This document shows, piece after piece, positions 26,844-27,514 of a stretch of DNA of 27,514 nt. Source of the DNA: Polyangiales bacterium (lineage in GTDB: Bacteria; Myxococcota_A; Polyangia; Polyangiales; Polyangiaceae). How positions within the stretch are numbered: position 1 is the first letter of the stretch; each line of letters opens with the position of its first letter. The position numbers were made by a program, and so were the translations under genes. The DNA is taken from positions 1 to 27,514 of the forward strand of contig JBBRNJ010000103.1 of the NCBI GenBank assembly GCA_038230375.1, read 5' to 3'. The notes below the pieces were generated by a model. It was not told the origin of the DNA. It saw only the letters and a program-made list of their open reading frames with translations, and did not search any database.

Positions 26844-27319
26844 CGAAGAAACGAATCACGATCGAGCGGACATTCGCTGCGGCCCTTGCGGACGTGTGGG
26901 ACCTCTGGACCACGAAGGAGGGCCTTGAGTCATGGTGGGGCCCCGATGGCTTCAGCATCACGGTGGCGGAGCTGGACCTGCGCGTGGGCGGCCTGTGGCG
27001 CTACGCGATGACGGCGACGGCGCCGGGGACCATCGAGTTCATGAAGAAGGCTGGAATGCCGGTCTCCACGCCGCAGAAGGCGACCTACACGGAGATCGCC
27101 CCGCTCGCGCGACTCTCGTACGAGGCCGTGGCGGACTTCATCCCGGGCGTCGCGCCGTATCCCATGGCGACCACCGTGGAGCTCGAGGCGAAGGGTGATC
27201 GCGTGGTGATGCGCGTGCTCCTGGACCCCATGCACGACGACATGTGGACGCAGCGCGCGACGATGGGCTGGGAGAGCCAGCTGGGCAAGCTCGAGAAGGT
27301 GATTGGCCTGCTACACTGA
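26840..27319 (+). CDS. SRPBCC/AHA1-like (START-fold) protein
   Basis: ITIERTF.A....VW..WT....L..WWGP.GF......DLRVGG.WRY.M ... GWES.LGKL; ATGA overlap with the ArsR gene. Confidence 0.92.
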   Translation: MTKKRITIERTFAAALADVWDLWTTKEGLESWWGPDGFSITVAELDLRVGGLWRYAMTATAPGTIEFMKKAGMPVSTPQKATYTEIAPLARLSYEAVADFIPGVAPYPMATTVELEAKGDRVVMRVLLDPMHDDMWTQRATMGWESQLGKLEKVIGLLH

Positions 27320-27514
27320 ACCTCGATTTCGCTCGGCCTGACGAAGTTGTGCTGCGCGTCGCCGCGGGACGCGTTCACGGGTCCTTGTGGGGGGGTTGCG
27401 TGAAGGATTTGGAGATCGCGCGCACACGTCCCCCTTACCCCCAGTCGCAAATGAAGGTGGCGCGAAGCTCAGTTGAGCAGGGGTCGCGGCGCGAGTCGGA
27501 GCTCCCATCGGCCA

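Noticed and set aside
27469..27513. Possible 3' end of a minus-strand gene (…GRWELRLAPRPLLN*)
   Set aside because: Only 14 codons lie inside the window, too few to support a call.

Overview
High-GC bacterial chromosome segment. The many orphan lipoproteins with DAG/DAA-rich linkers and the sigma54-type promoters suggest Myxococcota, probably Polyangiales-like (inference). Recognisable genes: the C-terminus of a tricorn-like S41 protease, an MltD-like LysM lytic transglycosylase, a FadL-family outer-membrane channel, an AbiEii-type (type IV) toxin-antitoxin pair, glmU, murA, short-form hisG, comEA and an ArsR-SRPBCC pair. About ten unannotatable lipoproteins or membrane proteins lie between them. 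The most notable observations are: (1) a dispersed (GTCGAR)n hexamer satellite at five sites in the same orientation, both intergenic and in frame inside genes; (2) a giant ~1314-aa orphan lipoprotein linked to a FadL channel that has an unusual charged C-terminal tail; (3) a putative sigma54-driven operon coupling a small candidate ssDNA-binding protein to comEA; (4) a broken ECF sigma factor, missed by the ORF track, whose ECF-type promoter is intact and points towards murA; (5) four sigma54 -24/-12 motifs. I saw no rRNA, tRNA, CRISPR array or transposase. All family calls come from motif recognition by eye; no searches were run.
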